From a bacterium (GTDB taxonomy: Bacteria > Fidelibacterota > Fidelibacteria > Fidelibacterales > Fidelibacteraceae): a DNA stretch of 64,000 nucleotides. The notes beneath the pieces were generated by a model. The model did no database searches and was not told where the DNA came from. It worked only from the letters and a program-made list of their open reading frames with translations. Positions 41,805 to 51,265 of this stretch are shown one piece after another. The position numbers and the translations under genes were made by a program. The first letter of the stretch is position 1. Each line of letters starts with the position of its first letter. The stretch lies in contig OY781066.1 in assembly GCA_963676395.1 (NCBI GenBank), positions 2,080,001-2,144,000 of the forward strand, read 5' to 3'.

Positions 41805-42863
41805 ATGATTGCAAAACTAGTCTTAGAGAATGGTTTGAGCTTCGAAGGGAAAGCCTTCGGTGCACCCGTTTCCACCTCTGGCGAGGTGGTTTTTAATACC
41901 GGTATGGTTGGCTATCCTGAAGCCCTGACCGATCCGTCGTATTATGGACAGATTTTGACTTCAACCTATCCGCTTATTGGCAACTATGGAGTTCCTGATG
42001 AAAAAGAAGCGGATATATGTAAACGCCAGTGGGAATCCGATCGCATTCAAGCTTTCGGTTTTATTATCTCCAATCTTTCAGACATCCATTCACATTGGGA
42101 TGCCGATATGAGCCTGGATGAATGGCTCAAAAAAGAAGGCATTCCCGGAATCGCTGGAATAGATACCCGTGCTCTGACAAAAATCCTTCGCGAAAGCGGT
42201 ACTATGCTAGGCAAGATCATTGTGAATGATCAAGATGTCGATTTCTATGATCCCAACAAAGACCTGCTCATCGAAAAAGTTTGTGTGAAGGAACCTGTAG
42301 AGCATGGAGAAGGAGACAAAACGGTTCTACTTGTTGATTTTGGTTGTAAGAACAGTATTATCTCAAACGTGGTCAAACGTGGCTTTAAGGTCATTCAAGT
42401 TCCTTATAACTACGATTATTCTCGTGTTAAATATGATGGCATTGTGCTTTCTAGCGGACCGGGAGATCCGGCCGAATACAGCTTTATGGCTGAGAAGATC
42501 AAAGCCTTTATGGATGAAAAGAAACCTATGCTGGGTATTTGTCTGGGACATCAGCTAATGGCACTTACTGCCGGGGCAAAGACCTATAAACTGGGTTATG
42601 GACACCGCTCTCAGAATCAGCCGGTGATCGATAGGTTAAGTGGTCGTGCTTATGTAACAACACAGAACCACGGTTATGCTGTAAATATGAAAACTATCCC
42701 AACAGGTTTTATTTCCTGGTTTGAGAATTTAAACGACGGTACGAACGAAGGATTGTGGCATAAGAATCTGCCGATTCTTTCGACTCAGTTTCACCCCGAG
42801 GCTATGCCGGGTCCGGTGGATACCGCCTTTATATTTGATGAATTTAAACGCTGCTTCGAATAG
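41805..42863 (+). CDS. carA: Carbamoyl-phosphate synthase small subunit
   Basis: GEVVFNTGMVGY, YPLIGNYG, GIDTRALT, GICLGHQ, QNHGYA, QFHPEA; start reset to MIAKLVLE. Confidence 0.96.
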   Translation: MIAKLVLENGLSFEGKAFGAPVSTSGEVVFNTGMVGYPEALTDPSYYGQILTSTYPLIGNYGVPDEKEADICKRQWESDRIQAFGFIISNLSDIHSHWDADMSLDEWLKKEGIPGIAGIDTRALTKILRESGTMLGKIIVNDQDVDFYDPNKDLLIEKVCVKEPVEHGEGDKTVLLVDFGCKNSIISNVVKRGFKVIQVPYNYDYSRVKYDGIVLSSGPGDPAEYSFMAEKIKAFMDEKKPMLGICLGHQLMALTAGAKTYKLGYGHRSQNQPVIDRLSGRAYVTTQNHGYAVNMKTIPTGFISWFENLNDGTNEGLWHKNLPILSTQFHPEAMPGPVDTAFIFDEFKRCFE

Positions 42864-42871
42864 GGACAAAT

Positions 42872-45800
42872 ATGAATAAACAGATCAAAAAAGTTGTGAT
42901 TTTAGGTTCCGCCGCCATTAAGATCGGCGAAGCGGGCGAATTTGATTACTCGGGATCTCAGGCCATTAAAGCCTTAAAAGAAGAAGGTGTTAAAACCATT
43001 TTGATCAATCCGAATATTGCTACGATACAAACATCGGATTATTTGGCTGATAAGGTCTATTTGCTGCCGGTCACGGTAGATTTCGTGGAAAAGGTTCTTG
43101 AAAAAGAAAAACCGGATGGAATTTTACTGTCATTCGGTGGTCAAACCGCTTTAAATTGCGGACTTGAACTCTATGATAAAGGCATTTTGAAGAACAATGG
43201 TGTTGAAGTGCTGGGAACGCCGGTTGAAACCATTCGGAACACCGAAGATAGGGAAAAATTCAACTCTGCTTTAGATGAGATAGGTGTTCATTATCCTAAA
43301 AGTAAAGCTGTGAATTCGGTAGAAGAAGCTATTGAATATGCTGAGGAGATCGGCTTTCCTGTGATGATGCGTATTGCTTACGCACTTGGCGGGCTTGGTT
43401 CGGGTGTGTGCCGTACCAAAGAACAATTGATCGATCGTGCTACCAAAGCTTTTACTTATACATCTCAGATCCTTATCGAAGAATGGCTGGGCGGCTGGAA
43501 AGAAGTCGAATACGAAGTTGTTCGTGATAAATATAATAATTGTATTACCGTCTGTAATATGGAAAACGTGGATCCTTTGGGTATTCATACGGGTGAAAGT
43601 ATCGTGGTGGCACCATCGCAAACGCTATCCAACAGTGAATATCATAAATTGCGCGAGATTGGTATTCGTGTGATTCGTCATCTTGGCGTAGTAGGTGAGT
43701 GTAATATTCAGTATGCTTTGGATCCTTTCTCTGAAGAATATCGTGTGATTGAAGTAAATGCACGATTGTCGCGTTCATCAGCTTTGGCATCAAAAGCAAC
43801 CGGTTATCCCTTGGCTTTTATTGCAGCTAAACTCGGTATGGGTTATGGTTTGCACGAACTATCAAATGCCATTACCGATACATCCGCTTTCTTTGAACCT
43901 GCATTGGATTATATTGTTGTCAAGATGCCACGATGGGATCTCAAGAAATTCCGTAATGTATCTCGTCGCATCGGTTCTGCTATGAAATCGGTGGGTGAGG
44001 TCATGGCTATTGGTCGTAATTTTGAAGAAACCCTGCAAAAAGCCATTCGTATGCTCGGAACCGGCGCTAAAGGATTGGTCGCCAATGAAAAGTTTACAAC
44101 CAGCTCAATGGAAGATTCTCTAACGAAACCTTCTGATGAACGTCTTTTTGCTGTGGTAGATGCCTTTAAACAAGGTTACAGTATTGATCGAGTTCATGAA
44201 TTGACTCGAATTGATAAATGGTTCCTGCATAAGATCAAGAATGTTGTCGATATTGCTCTTCGCCTGAGAAGCGGGGAAGAATTGAGCGATGAACTTCTTT
44301 TGGAAGCCAAGAAAAAAGGTTATTCCGATGAACAGCTTTCTATTGTTGCAAGTAAGCCCGAAGAAGAGGTATATGAGCAGCGTGTAAACGCCGATATTCA
44401 TCCTCATATAAAACGAATTGATACAGTAGCTGCCGAATATCCTGCGAAAACAAATTACCTCTATCTGACTTACGAAGGTATAGAGGATGATTATAATGAA
44501 AAACATCCAGACGCTGCCATTATTTTGGGTGGTGGACCTTATCGAATCGGTTCGTCGGTTGAATTTGACTGGTGTTGCGTGATCGCAGGTAAAACCGTTC
44601 GAGAAGCGGGAAAAACATCCATTATGATCAATTGTAATCCGGAAACGGTTTCAACGGATTATGATGAATTTGATGCACTCTTTTTTGAAGAGTTGACATT
44701 CGAAACCGTTCGAGAAATTTATAACAAAGTTGATCCGGAAGGTTTTATCCTTTCTATGGGTGGGCAAATCCCCAATAATCTGGCGGTTCGTTTAAACGAG
44801 AACGGTTTACGTATCCTGGGTACAAGCACAGAGAATATCGATCGTGCCGAAAATCGTTCGAAGTTCTCAGCTATGTTAGATGATCTTGAAGTTATGCAAC
44901 CCGAATGGAAGGCCTTGACTGATCATAAATCCGCTCTCAAGTTCGCGAATGATGTGGGGTATCCTGTATTGGTGAGACCTTCATACGTGTTGTCCGGTGC
45001 GGCCATGGCTGTTGCAACCTCGGATCTTGAATTAAAGGGATTTTTACTGGCTGCTGCAGATGTATCCAATGAATACCCGGTTGTTATTTCTAAATTTTAT
45101 GAGAATGCCAAAGAACTGGAATTTGATGCCGTAGCGCAGAATGGTGAGATCATTTGTTATGCTATTTCCGAGCACGTTGAAAATGCCGGAACTCACTCCG
45201 GTGATGCCACACTGGTATTACCTCCACAAAGAACTTATTTTGAAACAGAACGGCAGATTCGTAAGACTTCGGCTAAGATTGCAAAAGAGCTTAATATCAA
45301 CGGACCTTTGAATATCCAATATATCGCCAAGAATAATGAAGTCCGCGTGATCGAATGTAATCTGCGTGCATCGCGATCATTCCCCTTTGTATCCAAAACC
45401 CTGAATAAGAATTTTATTGAGGTGGCAACCAAGGTTATTATTGGCAAGAAACAGGAAAAAGTCAGAATTCCGCTTTACGACTATGAATATGTGGCCGTAA
45501 AAGCTCCACAATTTTCCTTTACACGTCTTAGAGGAGCTGATCCCGCCACAGGTGTGGAAATGTCCTCAACCGGTGAAGTTGCTTGTCTGGGAGATAATTT
45601 CTACGAAGCATATATCAAAGCTCTTATCTCAGTAGGATTTAAATTTCCAATTACGTCTGTATTGATCTCTTCCGGCCCTACGTCATCGAAAGCCGAGCTA
45701 TTGGAATCCGTTAGAATGCTTTCAGATATGGGCGTTATAATTTTTGCTACCGGTGGAACTCAAAAGTTCCTGGTTGAGCATGATGTACCTTCATTGAAAT

Positions 45801-46060
45801 TAAATTGGCCTTCTGATGAAGAAAAACCGGATGTTATTGAATATCTCAAAGAAGGTAAAGTTGATCTAGTTGTAAATATTCCCAAGAATTACAACGAAGA
45901 TGAGTTGACCAACGATTATACCATTCGCCGTGCGGCTGTTGATTATGCAGTACCGCTGATCACCAATCGTCAGGTTGCTCAACGCCTTTTCGAGGCTATC
46001 TCAAAAACTGATATGGATTCACTCAAGATCAAAAGTTGGGATGAATATCGGGTGAAATAA
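42872..46060 (+). CDS. carB: Carbamoyl-phosphate synthase large subunit
   Basis: GEFDYSGSQA, duplicated ATP-grasp domains, NARLSRSSALASKATGYP, NCNPETVSTD, C-terminal MGS domain. Confidence 0.97.
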   Translation: MNKQIKKVVILGSAAIKIGEAGEFDYSGSQAIKALKEEGVKTILINPNIATIQTSDYLADKVYLLPVTVDFVEKVLEKEKPDGILLSFGGQTALNCGLELYDKGILKNNGVEVLGTPVETIRNTEDREKFNSALDEIGVHYPKSKAVNSVEEAIEYAEEIGFPVMMRIAYALGGLGSGVCRTKEQLIDRATKAFTYTSQILIEEWLGGWKEVEYEVVRDKYNNCITVCNMENVDPLGIHTGESIVVAPSQTLSNSEYHKLREIGIRVIRHLGVVGECNIQYALDPFSEEYRVIEVNARLSRSSALASKATGYPLAFIAAKLGMGYGLHELSNAITDTSAFFEPALDYIVVKMPRWDLKKFRNVSRRIGSAMKSVGEVMAIGRNFEETLQKAIRMLGTGAKGLVANEKFTTSSMEDSLTKPSDERLFAVVDAFKQGYSIDRVHELTRIDKWFLHKIKNVVDIALRLRSGEELSDELLLEAKKKGYSDEQLSIVASKPEEEVYEQRVNADIHPHIKRIDTVAAEYPAKTNYLYLTYEGIEDDYNEKHPDAAIILGGGPYRIGSSVEFDWCCVIAGKTVREAGKTSIMINCNPETVSTDYDEFDALFFEELTFETVREIYNKVDPEGFILSMGGQIPNNLAVRLNENGLRILGTSTENIDRAENRSKFSAMLDDLEVMQPEWKALTDHKSALKFANDVGYPVLVRPSYVLSGAAMAVATSDLELKGFLLAAADVSNEYPVVISKFYENAKELEFDAVAQNGEIICYAISEHVENAGTHSGDATLVLPPQRTYFETERQIRKTSAKIAKELNINGPLNIQYIAKNNEVRVIECNLRASRSFPFVSKTLNKNFIEVATKVIIGKKQEKVRIPLYDYEYVAVKAPQFSFTRLRGADPATGVEMSSTGEVACLGDNFYEAYIKALISVGFKFPITSVLISSGPTSSKAELLESVRMLSDMGVIIFATGGTQKFLVEHDVPSLKLNWPSDEEKPDVIEYLKEGKVDLVVNIPKNYNEDELTNDYTIRRAAVDYAVPLITNRQVAQRLFEAISKTDMDSLKIKSWDEYRVK

Positions 46061-46108
46061 AATACAATAAATGATCCGTTGCATGAGATTAATTTTTTCA
46101 ACGGAAAT

Positions 46109-46162
46109 TATCATTTTGACCGGAATAAGGAACGTTTAGTGGCGAATGCTGCGGAGAAATCC
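46109..46162. repeat. Half copy of a MITE/REP-like element related to 62881-63067
   Basis: tatcattttgaccgg matches the reverse complement of 63053-63067 at 13/15; ends in ggagaaatc. Confidence 0.45.
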
Positions 46163-46454
46163 AAAATATGACGGTTGAAATCAGTAGCTGAATATTCATT
46201 TCTCGTTTGAAATCTTTTCATGTCTTTTCAAAAAAGCAGACTAGGTAGAGTTGACAGTATTGTTTCATTTAAATGATATCCACTTTACACAACGGGTAAT
46301 AATGTAATGTGAGGACTGGGGAAATGTAGTCTTTTTTTGTGCTTTTGAAATAATAAAGCATCAGGTAAGTCGCACTTTACTAAATGGTTATATATGCTGA
46401 ATAGTATTATTAATTCGACTAAATGGAAAACATTATTATTTAAATTAAAAAATA

Positions 46455-46483
46455 TTGCCAATGAAAATATCTTATAGTAAATT
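46455..46483 (+). promoter_or_regulatory. Putative sigma70 promoter of cassette 2
   Basis: TTGCCA-17 nt-TAAATT, about 50 nt before ATG 46534. Confidence 0.45.
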
Positions 46484-46533
46484 GAGAAACATTTTTATTA
46501 TAGTGAATTAAGCTAATTATAATGGAGGTTGAA

Positions 46534-48351
46534 ATGAGAAGAACACTTGTTATTGTACTTGTGTTGTCATTTCTTGCATTCGCTTTTGCTCAGGATGCTG
46601 CTACGGCGGTTTGTGGGGTAAATAACGGTGCAAAAATTTGGCAAGAAGACTTTTCCGGCGCTGCACGCGGCATTGCCGGTGGCGTGGATTTAGATGGTGA
46701 TGGTTATCTGGAAATTTACGCAACAAACTATGGTGAAGGAAACTATATCGTTGGTTTCGAAGCGATCGGTGGTGATACACTTGAATATTTCTGGCGTTCG
46801 AATGAGGATACGACAGGTGCCAGTGATTTATATTCATCGGGCACACGTTTTGTTCAAACTGGTGATATTGATGGAGATGGTGCCGGTGAGGTTATTTTCT
46901 TCCGCGGTCGTTATTCTACCGTTGCTCAGGCAGGTCTTTATATTTACGAGATCGATAGCGACAATACTTTTAAAGAGGCTAAATTTTATGATTTTGCTGA
47001 TTTGAGCGCTCTTTATAATTTTAATGGCGAAGGTAAAGTCGTGGCCAATGGTCGCGTTGAACATTTTGTTGTTCGTGATGTTGATGGTGACGGAAAAGAT
47101 GAGATTATTTACACCAATAACGGTGGCTCATATGTTATTGATCGTACAGATGAAACAGCAACCGATACGACAGATTATGGTCACTCAGAAGATTTTATTG
47201 CCGTACTTTCAGCGACAGATGATCTTCAGGGATTTGGTCGTTTGCAGTGTGAATTTATTACCTCAGCTCGTGATATTGACATGGGTGTCCTTGGGTTAAC
47301 AAAAGATGATCCAATGTTTGGAAGAGATAATAGACTGGGTGGTGGTTCTCCCAATGCTGTTGAGGTTACGGATATTGATGGTGATGGACATAAAGAAATT
47401 GCATGTTTCGTATGGAACTATAACAATGTGTTCTTTATTGAGTCAACAGGTCCAGATACATACACATTTGGCGATACAACATACCAATATCTTACTGCTC
47501 CTGATGGCGTTTGTTTGCTCCAACCCGTTGTTGGCGATATAAACAGTGATGGAAAAGACGAAGCATATTTCTTTGACTACAATACAACGACCGCTTTTCA
47601 GGTATTTGATAATAATGATGATGCTACCAATTTTGATTCGACTGAATATGTTGTAATTAATGATGGAGAAAATGACCCTCATTCTATTTGTGGTGGTGTT
47701 TCCGGTGATATTGATGGTGATGGAAATAATGAAATTATCTTTGGTGACAATGCCTCTGAAGGTGATATTCTTGTTTGGGATGGTACAAGCTGGGATGTAT
47801 ATCATTCAGTTGAACCGGATACAAATATGTATAAAGGCACTGTAGCAGGTTTTGCAGGAAAATTTGTTGATCATTTAACTGATATTGATAATGATGGTTA
47901 CATGGAAGTAATTGCATGTTATCAAAGTGAAATTGATTCAGTTGAAGAGATTATCGGTACTGATACTAATCTGGTAGCCAATCCTTTTTATTCACCAATT
48001 CGTATCATTGAGTTCGGTGATGATGAGTTAGGTGAAGTTGTAGCGATTGATCCTGTTGTTATCACTCCTGATGACTTCAAATTGAATGCTGCATATCCTA
48101 ACCCATTCAATCCAACAACTTCAATTTCTTATTCTTTACCTTTGGCTAAAGAAGTATCATTGAAGATCTACAATGTACGCGGTGAATTAGTTAATGTATT
48201 AGTAGACAATCAAAGAGTTGAAGCGGGTACACACAATGTTGTATGGAACGCAACCGACATGATGGGTGCTCCTCTAGCAACTGGTGTATATGTATATACT
48301 TTGACATACGGTAATTTCTCAAAATCACAAAAAGTGACTCTGTTGAAATAA
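46534..48351 (+). CDS. Secreted FG-GAP/VCBS-repeat (beta-propeller) protein with a T9SS type A/FlgD-Ig sorting domain
   Basis: Seven D.D.DG..E repeats; C-terminal AYPNPFNPTT...ATGVY...KVTLLK; RBS GGAGG. Confidence 0.85.
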   Translation: MRRTLVIVLVLSFLAFAFAQDAATAVCGVNNGAKIWQEDFSGAARGIAGGVDLDGDGYLEIYATNYGEGNYIVGFEAIGGDTLEYFWRSNEDTTGASDLYSSGTRFVQTGDIDGDGAGEVIFFRGRYSTVAQAGLYIYEIDSDNTFKEAKFYDFADLSALYNFNGEGKVVANGRVEHFVVRDVDGDGKDEIIYTNNGGSYVIDRTDETATDTTDYGHSEDFIAVLSATDDLQGFGRLQCEFITSARDIDMGVLGLTKDDPMFGRDNRLGGGSPNAVEVTDIDGDGHKEIACFVWNYNNVFFIESTGPDTYTFGDTTYQYLTAPDGVCLLQPVVGDINSDGKDEAYFFDYNTTTAFQVFDNNDDATNFDSTEYVVINDGENDPHSICGGVSGDIDGDGNNEIIFGDNASEGDILVWDGTSWDVYHSVEPDTNMYKGTVAGFAGKFVDHLTDIDNDGYMEVIACYQSEIDSVEEIIGTDTNLVANPFYSPIRIIEFGDDELGEVVAIDPVVITPDDFKLNAAYPNPFNPTTSISYSLPLAKEVSLKIYNVRGELVNVLVDNQRVEAGTHNVVWNATDMMGAPLATGVYVYTLTYGNFSKSQKVTLLK

Positions 48352-48364
48352 TCATGATGATCCT

Positions 48365-48394
48365 AAGGGAGAGGTCTTCCTCTCCCTTTTTTTT
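48365..48394 (+). terminator. Intrinsic terminator inside cassette 2
   Basis: aagggagagg-tctt-cctctccctt followed by a T tract. Confidence 0.8.
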
Positions 48395-48433
48395 GTCTTG
48401 TCTTAATTTTATTTGTTATAAAAAGGAATTAGA

Positions 48434-51250
48434 ATGCAAAGGAAGTTGTTTATTGTAATATTTGCAATCTTCTCCATTATCTCAGTTGTATTTGCTGGTA
48501 CCTCCGGTAAAATTGCCGGAACGGTTCTTGATAATGACAGTGGCGATCCATTGATCGGCGTAAATGTCATGCTTGCAGGTACTTCAGTGGGAGCTGCCAC
48601 TGATCTAGAGGGTTATTTTACCATACTTAATGTATCTCCCGGTGTATATGAATTGGTTGCAACATCAATTGGTTACAAAACTTTTCGTATGAAAGATGTT
48701 CGTGTGTCAGTGGATCATACGACAAATATTGACATTAGCATGGAAACATCTGTTATTGCAGGTGAGGAAGTGGTTGTTGTAGCACAAAAAGAATTGATCC
48801 AGAAGGGGCTGACCTCCTCCGAGTCAAGTATTTCTGAAGATGAACTGGAGGCTATGCCGGTTGAATCATTTACCGGACTTTTAGCAACGCAAGCAGGGGT
48901 GACACAAGGTTCTGACGGTAAATTACACGTTAGAGGTGGTAGGTCCAGTGAAATTACATACATGGTTGACGGTATTCCGGTATCCAGTGATCTTGGCCTT
49001 TCGTTATCTACAAATGTTATTTCAGAATTAACATTGATTTCAGGTACTTTTAATGCTGAGTATGGTAAAGCCATGAGTGGAATTGTTAATATCGCCACTA
49101 AGGAAGGTGCTACAGAATTTAAATCACGGATTACAGCACAATTGGGTGATATGTTAACTTGGAACGATACCCATATCAAAGGAAATGAATTTAATCCGTT
49201 GGTATTTCAGCGTTATGATTTAGATATTAGCGGCCCTATCTCATTTTTATCTCAAGGATCTTATTTTATTACGGGAACGATAAGAAATAATTTGGGATGG
49301 CGTTATGGTGTGCGTGAGCATACAACTTATGATTATGGCCAAATTGGGAATAATAGTGCTAGGGTTCTGATGACCGGTGACAGTGCCTATGTACCTATGA
49401 ACACGAGCAATTCAGAAAAAATTATGGCAAAAATGTCATTTAAACCTCTGAAAAATACGAAACTTATGTATCAATTTATTGGTGATTTTGGCAGTTGGCA
49501 AAATTACGAACATCGTTGGAGATATGCTCCGGACGGACGTTATCAATATCATTCAAATGATATAATGCATGCGTTGCATATTACTCAAACGATTAATGAA
49601 AAAACATATTTTACTTTGAAATATTCATATAAATCAAGTCATTCGGAACAGTATGTAAATAAGATCGAATGGCCGGATAATTATAATGAAGATATCAATG
49701 GTAATGGTGTTATCGACATTATCCCGGGTTTGAATGTTTCCGAAGATCTAAACGGTAATGGTGTTTTAGATGATAATCTTGCCATAGATTGGGAATTTGT
49801 AAATAAATATGGTGCGTTTGTTCCCAATGATACCTGGTATAGCATCAATTTAGGTGATACGACTATCAATATTCCTTATTATGTTCAGGATAATGGAAGA
49901 ACCGATGTTCCGGCCTATCATTTTTATTATGGTGGACAAAGCATGGGGTATTACATTTCCGAAGACAAATCACACACTGTAAAGTTTGATTTTACTTCTC
50001 AGGTTAATCGCGAGAATCAAATTCGTGCTGGAATTGAGTTTAATGCATACGAGAGACATAGAAATTCTTCTGTTTTGCAGATGAGTGAGCAAGATGGAAC
50101 AATTCCTCCATTTATTCAAAATGCCGGTGTTGCAAATCATGATTATTATACGCATAATCCCGTTGACTTCTCAGCGTATATACAGGATAAAATTGAAGTT
50201 AAAGATATTATTATCCAAGCTGGATTGCGTTATGATTACTTTAATGCAAATACTATTTGTATCGATCCTTTGACAAGCGATACAACAAATGCCAGCGCTA
50301 AACATCAATTAAGTCCTCGTTTGGGAGTATCATTTCCCATTACTGATCAAGGATTTATCCACTTCTCATATGGGCACTTCTTTCAGATGCCCTCTTTTTA
50401 CTACTTGTATACCAACCCGCTTCAGAAGCGGGGAGCCAGTGTGTCCAGATTTGGAAATCCTGATATTGACCCTCAAAAAACAGTTATGTATGAACTTGGT
50501 TTACAACAGCAGTTATCACCTTCAACAGCTATTGATTTGACTATCTTTTATCGAGATATTATCAACTGGTTATCTACGGAGTACAATTTTGTTGACAATG
50601 CTTATAAATACACACGCTATATTACTGAAGATTATGGTAACGTGAGAGGTATTACCTTTGCTTTTACACAGCGAGGTGGGCAGATGCTGACTTTTAATGC
50701 CGATTACACCTATCAGATTGCTGAAGGTAATGCTTCGTCTCCCGATGCAAAGTATTATGATGCTTTAAATAATGTCGAAAGTGAGACCAAGGTTGTTCCT
50801 TTAGACTGGGATGTACGTCACAGTATCAATGGTAACTTAACCATTACACCCATGAAAGATCTCGGTATTGGTATTTTAGGTAGATTCTCAACAGGGAAGC
50901 CATATACACCAACTGTACAAGGTCAAAGAGATGCGGAAGAAAACTCAGACAGAAAACTGTCAGAATTCACCGTTGATTTTAAAGTATTTAAATATTTTAA
51001 TATTGGTAAGCAACGTTTCAGTGTGAACCTAAAGGTATACAATTTACTTGATAGGGCAAATGAATTGGTTGTATTTACAGATACAGGTAGATCGGGTTAT
51101 ACGCTGACTCCTACATATGTTGGTGATCCGGCAGAAAAATATTCCGGTACTCCAGGTATTCATTCGTTGGAAGAATATCTGTATACACCCACGAATTATT
51201 CCACACCGAGACAGATACTCTTGAGTGTCAGTTGGGATATAAACTCTTAA
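48434..51250 (+). CDS. TonB-dependent receptor, paralog of 12801-15500
   Basis: GKIAGTV.D...GDPLIG.N, HVRGGRS, GTFNAEYGKAMSG, SPRLGVSFP, GNPD..PQKT..YELG. Confidence 0.92.
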   Translation: MQRKLFIVIFAIFSIISVVFAGTSGKIAGTVLDNDSGDPLIGVNVMLAGTSVGAATDLEGYFTILNVSPGVYELVATSIGYKTFRMKDVRVSVDHTTNIDISMETSVIAGEEVVVVAQKELIQKGLTSSESSISEDELEAMPVESFTGLLATQAGVTQGSDGKLHVRGGRSSEITYMVDGIPVSSDLGLSLSTNVISELTLISGTFNAEYGKAMSGIVNIATKEGATEFKSRITAQLGDMLTWNDTHIKGNEFNPLVFQRYDLDISGPISFLSQGSYFITGTIRNNLGWRYGVREHTTYDYGQIGNNSARVLMTGDSAYVPMNTSNSEKIMAKMSFKPLKNTKLMYQFIGDFGSWQNYEHRWRYAPDGRYQYHSNDIMHALHITQTINEKTYFTLKYSYKSSHSEQYVNKIEWPDNYNEDINGNGVIDIIPGLNVSEDLNGNGVLDDNLAIDWEFVNKYGAFVPNDTWYSINLGDTTINIPYYVQDNGRTDVPAYHFYYGGQSMGYYISEDKSHTVKFDFTSQVNRENQIRAGIEFNAYERHRNSSVLQMSEQDGTIPPFIQNAGVANHDYYTHNPVDFSAYIQDKIEVKDIIIQAGLRYDYFNANTICIDPLTSDTTNASAKHQLSPRLGVSFPITDQGFIHFSYGHFFQMPSFYYLYTNPLQKRGASVSRFGNPDIDPQKTVMYELGLQQQLSPSTAIDLTIFYRDIINWLSTEYNFVDNAYKYTRYITEDYGNVRGITFAFTQRGGQMLTFNADYTYQIAEGNASSPDAKYYDALNNVESETKVVPLDWDVRHSINGNLTITPMKDLGIGILGRFSTGKPYTPTVQGQRDAEENSDRKLSEFTVDFKVFKYFNIGKQRFSVNLKVYNLLDRANELVVFTDTGRSGYTLTPTYVGDPAEKYSGTPGIHSLEEYLYTPTNYSTPRQILLSVSWDINS

Positions 51251-51265
51251 GTTATGAGGATTGTA

